DNA from: Capsulimonadaceae bacterium
GTDB lineage: Bacteria; Armatimonadota; Armatimonadia; Armatimonadales; Capsulimonadaceae
Assembly (NCBI GenBank): GCA_965277455.1
Contig: OZ255823.1
Location: 2,438,250 to 2,502,249, forward strand
Direction of reading: 5' to 3'
Length of the DNA stretch: 64,000 nucleotides
Of this stretch, positions 34,083-42,389 are shown in pieces (the first letter of the stretch is position 1; each line of letters opens with the position of its first letter). A program made the position numbers and the translations under genes. The notes below the pieces were generated by a model, which was not told the origin of the DNA, searched no databases, and worked only from the letters and a program-made list of their open reading frames with translations.

Positions 34083-35163
34083 AATCCAGCCGCACTTCGC
34101 GGCCTGTTTCGGCGGATAAGTACAGGGCATCCAGAATTCGCGTCACCCGCAGGCCCTCTTCGCCGGGGACGGGGACGGGCGTATCGGTCAAAAGCGCCTG
34201 CACGAAGGCGCGAAGCTCGGCTTCATGGGTCTGCACGGTGGGCAGGAACATGGGCGTTGTGTCGGTCAGGGTCCCGCTTTCCTCACGGAACAGGCGGGTC
34301 GCGGCGTCATTGAGCGGCTCCAGATAGGCCCCGCCCTCTGTGCCCAGAATGCTTGTGTGATACTCGCTGCCCGCGATGTTCGCCGCAAACGAGGATTCTA
34401 AAGACAGCGTCGCGCCGCTGTCGAAGCGAATAAACCCGGCGGCGAAGTCTTCCACGGTGAACATCTTCGGGTCCCATTGCCCCATCAGGCCAATCACGCC
34501 CTCGCGGTGCCCGAACTTGGCATAGGTTTGGCCGGTGACGGAGACAGGATTCGGGTAGCCCATCAGCCAGAGCGTCAGGTCAAGAATATGCACGCCAATA
34601 TCAATCAGCGGCCCCCCACCCTGCTTGTCTTTCTGGGTGAACGTCCCCCAGCCGGGGATGCCCCGGCGGCGCAGGGCATGGGCGCGGGCGTAGTAGATGT
34701 CGCCGAGCTTGCCGTCATCCACAAACCGCTTGACGGCCTGCGGCCCGGCCCCAAAGCGGATATTGAGGCCCACTTGAAATTGTTTGCCCGCCGCATGGCC
34801 CGCCGCCACCATCGCCTCGCCTTCAGCGGCGTTCAGCGCCAGCGGCTTTTCGCACAGAACGTGCTTGCCCGCCGCGAAGCTGTCTAAAACGTGCTGACGG
34901 TGCAGGTAGTTCGGGGTGCAGACGCCGACAGCGTCGACGTCCGGCATCGCCAGCAGGTCCGCATAGTCCGTGACCGTCTTAGCTTCGGGGGCAAGCGCCG
35001 AGGCAATTTGAAGGGCCTGTGGATCAATATCGCACAGCGCGACCACGCGCACCAGCCCTTCGGCCTGCATCTTCAGGTAGGCGGGCAGGTGACGGCGCTG
35101 CGTAATGCTGCCGGTTCCGATAATTCCAATTCCCAGGGGTCCAATCCCTAACGGCTGCATCAT
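34081..35163 (-). CDS. Gfo/Idh/MocA family NAD(P)-dependent oxidoreductase
   Basis: Trimmed to ATG 35161-35163 (MMQPLGIGPLGIGIIGTGSITQRRHLPA, a Rossmann GxGxxG). EKPLA motif present. The track N-terminal extension reads through palindromic element D. Confidence 0.85.
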   Translation of the reverse strand: MMQPLGIGPLGIGIIGTGSITQRRHLPAYLKMQAEGLVRVVALCDIDPQALQIASALAPEAKTVTDYADLLAMPDVDAVGVCTPNYLHRQHVLDSFAAGKHVLCEKPLALNAAEGEAMVAAGHAAGKQFQVGLNIRFGAGPQAVKRFVDDGKLGDIYYARAHALRRRGIPGWGTFTQKDKQGGGPLIDIGVHILDLTLWLMGYPNPVSVTGQTYAKFGHREGVIGLMGQWDPKMFTVEDFAAGFIRFDSGATLSLESSFAANIAGSEYHTSILGTEGGAYLEPLNDAATRLFREESGTLTDTTPMFLPTVQTHEAELRAFVQALLTDTPVPVPGEEGLRVTRILDALYLSAETGREVRLD

Positions 35164-35220
35164 GTGCGGTCTATTCGCCGCCGTTGCCCGGATTTCCTGC
35201 TTTGCCTCGCAAATCGGAAC

Positions 35221-35353
35221 CCGGCACTGGAAGTGCCGGTCTATTAGCAAAAGGAAAAAGTCGCTCCGCGACTAAAGAGCAGCCCCCGTGAGCTAGTCCC
35301 CAGTCGCGGAGCGACTTTTCTGTTTACAAGTAGACCGGCACTTTGAGTGCCGG
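35221..35353. repeat. Palindromic element D (single copy in window)
   Basis: Left arm CCGGCACTGGAAGTGCCGGTCTA...AGTCGCTCCGCGACT is mirrored by AGTCGCGGAGCGACT...TAGACCGGCACTTTGAGTGCCGG. Each end contains its own CCGGCACT/AGTGCCGG hairpin. Confidence 0.75.
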
Positions 35354-35368
35354 TCTTCTCTGATTGCT

Positions 35369-35578
35369 TTATTCTCTCCGCGAACGCTTGGGCAAACGCA
35401 GGGACAGAAGCGGACGCAGGCGGCGCAGGATAGCCTCGCCGTGCAGGTGACGGGGCCGCAGCCACTTGTGCGAACGCCGCCGCGTCGGCAGGGAGATATT
35501 GGTCGCCGTCCGCGTCAGATACAGATAGAAACAGGCCGCGAGAAGCAGATACCCGGCCACACTCAAAGCAATTACCAT
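35369..35578 (-). CDS. Possible small membrane protein (one TM helix plus Arg-rich tail)
   Basis: MVIALSVAGYLLLAACFYLYL followed by the basic tail RRRSHKWLRPRHLHG...RLPKRSRRE. It starts 30 nt downstream of the GT4 gene on the same strand. Support is composition only. Confidence 0.3.
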   Translation of the reverse strand: MVIALSVAGYLLLAACFYLYLTRTATNISLPTRRRSHKWLRPRHLHGEAILRRLRPLLSLRLPKRSRRE

Positions 35579-35607
35579 AGCTAATTATTCCCGGTCAGAA
35601 TGCCTGC

Positions 35608-36864
35608 TTAAACCGGGGCCGGCTCAGTCAGCAGGGCGGGCGTGAGGTTCGGGGCACGCCAGTCGCTTGTGCTGTATTCTTCCCAGACACGGTCGTAAGT
35701 CGCCATCGTTTGCCCGGCGATGGTGTCCCAGTTGAAGACGGTCTGGACGCGCTCCCAGGCTTCGGCGGTCATGCGGGCGGCGGTGTCCGGCTCGTGCAGG
35801 ATTTTGAGCAGGCCGTCCGCCAGAGAATTGGGGCTGCCCGCGTAGGTGGCCAGGCCGGTGACGTTGTTTTCGACGACTTCCGGCAGGCCCCCAGCATCGG
35901 AGACGACGACGGGGACGTGCGCGGCCATTGCTTCTAAAGCCACGATGCCGAACGGCTCATACAGCGAGGGGAAGCAGGCAATATCAATAATCGAGTAGAT
36001 TTTAAGCAGGTCTTCGTCGGGCACGAAGCCCGCGAAGTAAACGTGCCTCTCCATCCCGAGGTATGCGGCGAGGTTGACCAGATGCTCGCGCTTGCCGCCG
36101 CCGCAGATCAGCAGCTTGGCGTCATGGTAGCCCCAGCGCACTTTAGGCAGGGACTCAATCAAAATCTGCACGCCTTTTTCGCGGACCATGCGGCCCACGA
36201 AGAAGATGATTTTCTCCTCGGGGGCGGCGTAGCGGGCGCGGAACTCGGCTTTCTCTTCGGGGGTGAAGTCGGGGAGCTGGAACTTGGCGGCATCGACGCC
36301 GTTTGGCACGATGTCCATTTTGTCCCAGGGCGTGTGCAGGGCGTGCTCGCACTCGCGCTTCATAAAGTCGGTGCAGACGATGACGCGCCAGGCTTCGTTC
36401 TGCAAGTGTTCTTCCACGGAGTTGATGTAGCCCTGCGTCGGCCCGACGATGCCGCTGTTGCGGCCATATTCGGTGGCATGGATGGTGGCGACCAGCGGCA
36501 GGTGGTATTTGTGCTTCAGCGCCGCCGAGGCAAAGTGTGCCAGCCAGTCATGCGGGTGCAAAATCAGCGGCGATTTGCTGTCTTTGTTGAGCAGCGCGGC
36601 GACGAGCGCATCCCCGCGTTCCAGCATGGCATCATTGAGAAGCTGAACCCAGTGAATAAAGTCATTGCCCGGCCCCGACGGTGTGACGCGGTAGAGGTAA
36701 ACGCCGTCCTCGACTTCTTCCTCCGCCGCCCCCGGATGCTCGCAGGTGACGACATGGACTTCGACGCCCCGCGCCACGAGCGCGTGCGCGAGGTCGTAAA
36801 CGTGCCGCGAAATCCCGCCGACGATTTTGGGAGGATACTCCCAGCTAAACATAATGACGCGCAT
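35608..36864 (-). CDS. Glycosyltransferase family 4 (glycogen-synthase-like GT-B fold)
   Basis: N-terminus MRVIMFSWEYPPKIVGGISRHVYDLAHALVARGVEVHVVT. C-terminal EPFGIVALEAMAAHVPVVVSDAGGLPEVV matches the E-x7-E type motif. Confidence 0.85.
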   Translation of the reverse strand: MRVIMFSWEYPPKIVGGISRHVYDLAHALVARGVEVHVVTCEHPGAAEEEVEDGVYLYRVTPSGPGNDFIHWVQLLNDAMLERGDALVAALLNKDSKSPLILHPHDWLAHFASAALKHKYHLPLVATIHATEYGRNSGIVGPTQGYINSVEEHLQNEAWRVIVCTDFMKRECEHALHTPWDKMDIVPNGVDAAKFQLPDFTPEEKAEFRARYAAPEEKIIFFVGRMVREKGVQILIESLPKVRWGYHDAKLLICGGGKREHLVNLAAYLGMERHVYFAGFVPDEDLLKIYSIIDIACFPSLYEPFGIVALEAMAAHVPVVVSDAGGLPEVVENNVTGLATYAGSPNSLADGLLKILHEPDTAARMTAEAWERVQTVFNWDTIAGQTMATYDRVWEEYSTSDWRAPNLTPALLTEPAPV

Positions 36865-36903
36865 GGTCTTGGTGTGTCTCCTTGAACGATGATCTGCAAA
36901 AAG

Positions 36904-38295
36904 TCAGGGCTGAGTGAGAGGGATGCGGCGCAGGACGGTGTTAGTCCCATCAACAACTTGAACCAGAAAGCGGCCTTTCGGCAGCAGTAGCGCGGGCTGA
37001 GGCACGCCGGGGCGCAGTTCAATCTGGTCTATTGGAACGGCTTGCTTGGGGTCTTCGCCCGCATAGAATGCCTGGAGGAGCAGGGAGGCGTCTTTGGGCC
37101 GAGGCAAGTCAGCGGGCAGAGCCGCCGGGTGACGCCGCCCGTCCATTCGCAGCCAGTCAGGCCGTCCGTTTTGATAATGCGTGGGCGGGTGGCAAACCAC
37201 CAGGTCGTAGCCGCCGCGCACTGAGGGGGATACATAATACCGGGTTTGTTTCTGAAACACGACCGGCGTATTTTTCACAAGATGCTGGCTGATGATAGCA
37301 CGGTAGAGCAGGCTGTCATACGCGGGAGTGCTGCGGGCATACAGGTTTGACTGGTCAATGCTGAACGGAGCAATGCCGCTCAATCGCTGGAAATAGACCG
37401 CCATCGGGACGAACACGGTGGAGCCGGACGTTTTTGTGCCGAGGTCTCCGGCAGACCAGGTTATTGTGTCGGTCTTCCTGAAAATATGCCCGTACCCGGC
37501 ATACAGCAGGATTTTGGCGTGCGGGTCATGCTTCAGAATGCGGTCATAGACATTTTGCGCTTCCCCCCGCTCGCGCAGGTCTTCGTCGGCAAAGGGGTTT
37601 GCGGAGCGGTCGAAATGCTGAGATGCCTTCAAGTGATACTCGTAAGGGACAACATGAAAGCCAAGTTTCAGCGCGGTACGCACGAGGTCGCCAAAAGTCG
37701 GCTCCTGCGTGTAGTAGCCGCTGGTTTGGATCGGGTAGCCGCGCTTTTGAAGCTGCGTGTCTTTTTCGCTGAGTGTTTCGGCGGCAAAGTAGCGAAAGCC
37801 CTGTGCGTACAGCCCCGGCAGCAGAGACAGCGCAAACGCACGGCCCATCGGCACATGATGGGCTTCGTTGAGGAAGAGAACGCGGTGGGTTTTTGCCAGC
37901 TTCAAGATGGCCGAACGCGCATCGACGGGGTGATAGACGTGCAAGGCCGCAGAAGCCGCTTTCGCGTCGGCGTCTGTCAGGTCCTCTGACGGCGGCCCCT
38001 GCTGGTCAAAATCAGCCAGTGCCTCTGCGTCATTACCGACAAACGATTTCTGCGCGGCCAGTTCCTGAAAATACGTCCCGCGCCACCGGGGCGAGGCCAT
38101 GTAGCGGCTTTGAAGCGGACGCAGGGCTTCCAAAGGAGCTAGATAGTTGCCCGGCGCTTTCGGCACAAGCGAGTCCGGGCTTGGTAACTCCGGCACAGGC
38201 GGCGGCACAGGGGCGGGGGTTTGGGCCTTCGTGCCGGGCAGGGCCAGGAGACCGAGGTAAGCAGTCACAGCAAACGCAAACGCGGCAGTTTTCAT
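36904..38295 (-). CDS. Secreted hypothetical protein
   Basis: Signal peptide MKTAAFAFAVTAYLGLLALPGTKAQ. The 463-aa ORF sits 6 nt downstream of purD. I recognise no family; LFLNEAHHVPMGRAF only vaguely recalls ChaN/Tiki-like proteins. Confidence 0.55.
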   Translation of the reverse strand: MKTAAFAFAVTAYLGLLALPGTKAQTPAPVPPPVPELPSPDSLVPKAPGNYLAPLEALRPLQSRYMASPRWRGTYFQELAAQKSFVGNDAEALADFDQQGPPSEDLTDADAKAASAALHVYHPVDARSAILKLAKTHRVLFLNEAHHVPMGRAFALSLLPGLYAQGFRYFAAETLSEKDTQLQKRGYPIQTSGYYTQEPTFGDLVRTALKLGFHVVPYEYHLKASQHFDRSANPFADEDLRERGEAQNVYDRILKHDPHAKILLYAGYGHIFRKTDTITWSAGDLGTKTSGSTVFVPMAVYFQRLSGIAPFSIDQSNLYARSTPAYDSLLYRAIISQHLVKNTPVVFQKQTRYYVSPSVRGGYDLVVCHPPTHYQNGRPDWLRMDGRRHPAALPADLPRPKDASLLLQAFYAGEDPKQAVPIDQIELRPGVPQPALLLPKGRFLVQVVDGTNTVLRRIPLTQP

Positions 38296-38301
38296 GGGGC
38301 G

Positions 38302-39597
38302 TCATTTTTCTTCGGCCCGGTGGCCGATGTCGGTGCGGAAGTGCATATGGTCGAAGGTGATGTTTTTGACGGCGGCGTAGGCGCGGGCGCGGGCCTGGGC
38401 AAAGTCGTCGCCCCAGGCGGTCAGGCCGAGGACGCGGCCTCCGGCGGTGAGGACTTCGTGGTCGTCCCCGAAGCGGGTTCCGGCATGGAACGCGACGACG
38501 TCGGACAGGTGGGCGACTTGCTCCAAGCCGTCGACGGGCAGGCCGGTGGCATAGGCACCGGGGTAGCCGCCTGAAGCCAGCACGACGCAGACGGCACTCT
38601 GGTCTTTCCAGCGCACTTCGACTTCGTCGAGGTGGGCGTCGGTGACACCGAGCAGAATGTCCACGAGGTCAGTTTCTAAGAGGGGCAGGATGACCTGGGT
38701 TTCGGGGTCGCCGAAGCGGCAATTGAACTCCAATGTTTTGAGGGAGCCGTCGCGGGCTACCATGATGCCCGCATAGAGCACGCCTTTGTAGGGAATGCCG
38801 GACTCGCGGATGGCATCGACGGCGGGGCGCAGAACTTCGTTGACGGCCTGCTGATACAGCGCGGGGGTGATGAGGGGGACGGGGGCATAGCAGCCCATGC
38901 CGCCGGTGTTCGGGCCTTCGTCGCCGTCGAGGGCGCGTTTGTGGTCCTGCACGGCCAGCATCGGGACAATGGTGGTTCCGTCGGTGAAGGCCATCAGCGA
39001 GGCTTCTTCGCCTTCCAAAAACTCTTCAATCACGACGGTGTCTCCCGAAGTCCCGAAGACGCGCTCCTGCATAATCTGGCCGATGGCCTCCTGCGCCTCC
39101 GTGTCGGTGCGGCAGATGTAAACACCTTTGCCCGCCGCCTCGCCGTCGGCTTTGACGACGAGCGGAGCATCGGGCTGGGCAGCAAAATGGGAATGCAGGT
39201 AGTGGGACGCATCGGCGTACACATCGAAGGCGGCGAAGTGGGCGGTGGGGATGCCGTAGCGGAGCATCAGCCCTTTGGCGTAGGCTTTGGAGCCTTCGAG
39301 GAGGGCCGGCTCGCGGGCAGGGCCGAAAATCCGCAGGCCGCGCTGCTCGAAGAGGTCCACGATGCCGGCAATCAGGGGCACTTCCGGGCCGACCACGGTG
39401 AGGTCGATGCCGTGGTCTACGGCGAATTGCAGCAGGCCCTCCGTGTCCGTGATGGCAAGCGGAACGCATTCGGCTATTTGTGCGATGCCCGCGTTGCCGG
39501 GCGCACAGAACAGCTTGCTGACCTGCGGACTTTGCGCCAGCTTCCAGACCAGCGCGTGCTCGCGCCCCCCGCCTCCAATCACCAGAACGTTCAGCAT
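38302..39597 (-). CDS. purD: Phosphoribosylamine--glycine ligase
   Basis: MLNVLVIGGGGREHALVWKLAQSP..., an ATP-grasp core, and NCRFGDPETQ. Confidence 0.95.
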   Translation of the reverse strand: MLNVLVIGGGGREHALVWKLAQSPQVSKLFCAPGNAGIAQIAECVPLAITDTEGLLQFAVDHGIDLTVVGPEVPLIAGIVDLFEQRGLRIFGPAREPALLEGSKAYAKGLMLRYGIPTAHFAAFDVYADASHYLHSHFAAQPDAPLVVKADGEAAGKGVYICRTDTEAQEAIGQIMQERVFGTSGDTVVIEEFLEGEEASLMAFTDGTTIVPMLAVQDHKRALDGDEGPNTGGMGCYAPVPLITPALYQQAVNEVLRPAVDAIRESGIPYKGVLYAGIMVARDGSLKTLEFNCRFGDPETQVILPLLETDLVDILLGVTDAHLDEVEVRWKDQSAVCVVLASGGYPGAYATGLPVDGLEQVAHLSDVVAFHAGTRFGDDHEVLTAGGRVLGLTAWGDDFAQARARAYAAVKNITFDHMHFRTDIGHRAEEK

Positions 39598-39632
39598 AAG
39601 TTGTCTTTCTTCCTCGCGCCCCTACGGTCTCA

Positions 39633-41711
39633 TCAGTACCCGGTCGGCTCGTCCGTGCGCGTCAAGTCCAGGTTCGTAAACTTGGCATACTGCGGCATGA
39701 AGCCGACTTTGACCATGCCAGTCGGGCCGTTGCGGTGCTTGCCGACAATCAACTCGGTTTCTTCCATTTCCTGACGCTCGGGCCGCTCCCCGTTTTCGGC
39801 ATCGGCATTGAAGGCTTCCTTCATCTTATAGTAGGCTTCGCGGTACAAAAAACAGACCATATCGGCCTCCGCCTCGATAGAGCCGCTGTTGTGCGCGACA
39901 ATGCCGTTTGCCAGGAAGTTCGCACAGCCGGGAACGGTGATGTCGAAAACTTCTTCTTCGCCTGCCGGAGTGATGCTTTTGATTTCTTCCCACAGCAAGT
40001 CGCTGTTGGCCCAGACACCTAAAAGCTCATCTTTGAGGCTTTCCGCAAACTTCGCACAGATGTCCCGGCGGGGGCGTGGATCATGGGGTGCTCCGGGTGG
40101 CAAAAGCACCGCGACTTCGGCGGGCAACCGCAGCAGGGCGGTATCCAGCACAAACGGTTTGCCGCCAAACTCAGGCTTCGGCAGAGCCGTGGCGATGATG
40201 TCGCCAACTTGAAGCTCGCCAACCTGCTTCCAGCCCTGCGCGGTCAGGAGGGGGTGGTTGGCGGTGGCTGTGACTGTGCGCCCGGTGCGTGTTTGGAGCG
40301 TGAAGACAGTCTTGACGCCGGTGGACCAGACGCAGGCGACTTCGAACGGGCGCACTTTCTGCCGGCGGTCTACGGCCAGAATATGATCCCCGGCCTGAAT
40401 GTCGCGGATGGCGCGGAGAGTTCCTGTGGCGGCGTCCATGAGCCGCGTGTCGCCGACGACGCATTCCCGCAGGTCAGACAGCAGGGGGCGTTTGTTTTCG
40501 CGGTTTTCGACGGAGCGGGAAAGCTGGGACAGGGCGATGACGGGGACTTTTAGCTCGCGGCCTAACGATTTGAGGCCACGGGCGATTTCGCCGATCTCCT
40601 GGACGCGGTTTTCGGTGCGGCGATGCCCGCGCATGAGCTGCAGGTAGTCCACGATAATCAGGCCCAGGCCATGCTCGGCCATGAGGCGGCGGCATTTGGA
40701 GCGCATGGTCAGCGCGGAGGTTTCGGTGGCGTCATCAATAAAGATGGGAGCCTCGTACATGCTCTGCACGACCCCGGCCAGCTTGGTCCATTCGTCCTCG
40801 GTCAAGTGGCCCGTGCGGAGCTTGTGCGAGTTGACCTGTGCCTGCGAGCAGAGCATTCGCAGGGCAAGCTGCTCTTTGGACATTTCCAGCGAGAAGATAG
40901 CGACGGGCTTGCGCTCTTTAATGGCAACGTGTTCGGCGATAGAAAGGCAGAGCGACGTTTTCCCCATACTAGGCCTCGCAGCCACGATGACGAGGTCGGT
41001 GTTCTGGAGGCCGGAAGTGATCTCGTCGAAATCGTCAATGCCGGTGGAGAGGCCGGAGATTTTTGACTTCATCTCGGCCAGCTCTTCGGCTTTGTCGTAG
41101 ACCGAGAGCAAAAGCGTTCGCAGGGGGGAGAAGTATGCCTGGGTGCGCTGCTGGGAGACGCCGAAGATGGCCCGCTCGGCCTGGTCGATGACTTCGCCGA
41201 CGTCTTCGACTTCGCCGCGTGCGCTGCCGATGATTTCGAGCGACGCTTCAATCAGGCGGCGCAGGGTGGCTTTTTCTTCGACAATCTTGGCGTAATACTC
41301 AACGTTGGCAGCGGTGGGGACGGTGTCAAACAGGGCCGTGAGATAGGCGATGCCGCCGACGGCTTCTAACTTGTCCCGGTTTTTCAGTTCTTCCTGAACG
41401 GTAATCAGATCGACACGCACGTCGCGCTCGGCCAGCGTCGAGATGACATCAAAGAGGGTCTGATGGTTGTCGCGGTAGAAGTCGTCTTTGTCTAAAATCT
41501 CAAAGACTTTTTCGACCGCCGACCGCTCAATCAGCATTGCGCCCAATGTAGACTGCTCGGCTTCAATGGAATGGGGCGGGACATACGCGCCGAGGGGGCC
41601 GCTGCCGGAGCCGCTGCCGCCGAACGCATTGCTGCCGCCGAAGCCACTACTCCCGTAGCCATTGCCACCGCCGGAGCGGCCTCGTTTGTCGTAATCGTTG
41701 CGTTCAGGCAT
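39633..41711 (-). CDS. dnaB: Replicative DNA helicase DnaB, interrupted by a mini-intein
   Basis: Gly-rich N-terminal tail, then HSIEAEQSTLGAML. Walker A ARPSMGKTS, Walker B IIVDYLQLM. The sequence breaks at LSDLRE|C...HN|SGSIEAEADMV and continues GKHRNGPTG. Confidence 0.95.
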   Translation of the reverse strand: MPERNDYDKRGRSGGGNGYGSSGFGGSNAFGGSGSGSGPLGAYVPPHSIEAEQSTLGAMLIERSAVEKVFEILDKDDFYRDNHQTLFDVISTLAERDVRVDLITVQEELKNRDKLEAVGGIAYLTALFDTVPTAANVEYYAKIVEEKATLRRLIEASLEIIGSARGEVEDVGEVIDQAERAIFGVSQQRTQAYFSPLRTLLLSVYDKAEELAEMKSKISGLSTGIDDFDEITSGLQNTDLVIVAARPSMGKTSLCLSIAEHVAIKERKPVAIFSLEMSKEQLALRMLCSQAQVNSHKLRTGHLTEDEWTKLAGVVQSMYEAPIFIDDATETSALTMRSKCRRLMAEHGLGLIIVDYLQLMRGHRRTENRVQEIGEIARGLKSLGRELKVPVIALSQLSRSVENRENKRPLLSDLRECVVGDTRLMDAATGTLRAIRDIQAGDHILAVDRRQKVRPFEVACVWSTGVKTVFTLQTRTGRTVTATANHPLLTAQGWKQVGELQVGDIIATALPKPEFGGKPFVLDTALLRLPAEVAVLLPPGAPHDPRPRRDICAKFAESLKDELLGVWANSDLLWEEIKSITPAGEEEVFDITVPGCANFLANGIVAHNSGSIEAEADMVCFLYREAYYKMKEAFNADAENGERPERQEMEETELIVGKHRNGPTGMVKVGFMPQYAKFTNLDLTRTDEPTGY
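39888..40463 (-). mobile_element. DnaB mini-intein (192 codons, no homing-endonuclease-sized insert)
   Basis: Residues 417-608 of the ORF. Block A CVVGDTRLMD; block B TATANHPLLT (TxxH); C-terminal blocks VFDITVPGCANFLANGIVAHN, followed by the +1 Ser. I checked the codons directly: gca at 40461-40463 is Cys and gtt at 39888-39890 is Asn on the minus strand. Confidence 0.85.
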
Positions 41712-41744
41712 GGGAAGGTAGGCTCAAACAGAAAGATAAAAGGT

Positions 41745-41881
41745 CTGCCACGGGTTAAACCCCGAGGCTAAAAAAAGCCCACCGTCCAGGGGACGTAAGA
41801 CAGCAAGGTGAGAGGCTGTCTGGTTCTTAACGTCGCTTCGACGGTGGGCACTGGAAAGCCTCGGGGTTTAACCCGTGGCAG
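41745..41881. mobile_element. REPIN/MITE-like element, family B copy 1
   Basis: Perfect 25-bp terminal inverted repeats CTGCCACGGGTTAAACCCCGAGGCT / AGCCTCGGGGTTTAACCCGTGGCAG. Lies between rplI and dnaB. Confidence 0.9.
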
Positions 41882-41889
41882 GCTGGAAA

Positions 41890-42336
41890 CTACTCAGCAA
41901 CAACGGCCACTTTGAGGGGAACGGTGACTTCGCGGTGCAATTTGATGGGCACTTCGTACTCGCCAACGGCTTTGATGGGGTCGAGCAGGCCGACTTTGCG
42001 CTTGTCAAGCTTGATGGACAGGTCGCGGGCGACGGCCTCGGCGATGTCGGCGGCGGTGACGCGGCCATAAAGGCGGCTGTTCTCCCCGGCTTTGACGGTC
42101 AGTGTGACGGTCTTATCGGTAAGCTGCTCGGCGGTCAGGTCGGCTTCGGCGCGGAGCTTTTCAGTGCGCCGGTCTTCAAGGGCCTGTTTGGCAAGCAGGT
42201 TTTTCATGGCTCCGCCGCCCGCTTCGACGGCCAGCTTGCGCGGGAACAAGTAGTTCCGGGCGTAGCCGTCGGCGACGAGGACGACTTCGCCCTGCTTGCC
42301 CTGATGGGCGATGTCCTGCATTAAAATAACTTTCAT
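41890..42336 (-). CDS. rplI: 50S ribosomal protein L9
   Basis: MKVILMQDIAHQGKQGEVVLVADGYARNYLFPRKLAV; 148 aa. Confidence 0.95.
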   Translation of the reverse strand: MKVILMQDIAHQGKQGEVVLVADGYARNYLFPRKLAVEAGGGAMKNLLAKQALEDRRTEKLRAEADLTAEQLTDKTVTLTVKAGENSRLYGRVTAADIAEAVARDLSIKLDKRKVGLLDPIKAVGEYEVPIKLHREVTVPLKVAVVAE

Positions 42337-42389
42337 AGCTGCGTTTCCTTTATGGGTGTCTTTTAGTGTTAATTGGTGTTAATCTGTGT

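Noticed and set aside
34081-35250. Longer form of the oxidoreductase ORF starting at 35250
   Set aside because: The extra 29 codons read through palindromic element D. The Rossmann motif begins right after ATG 35163.
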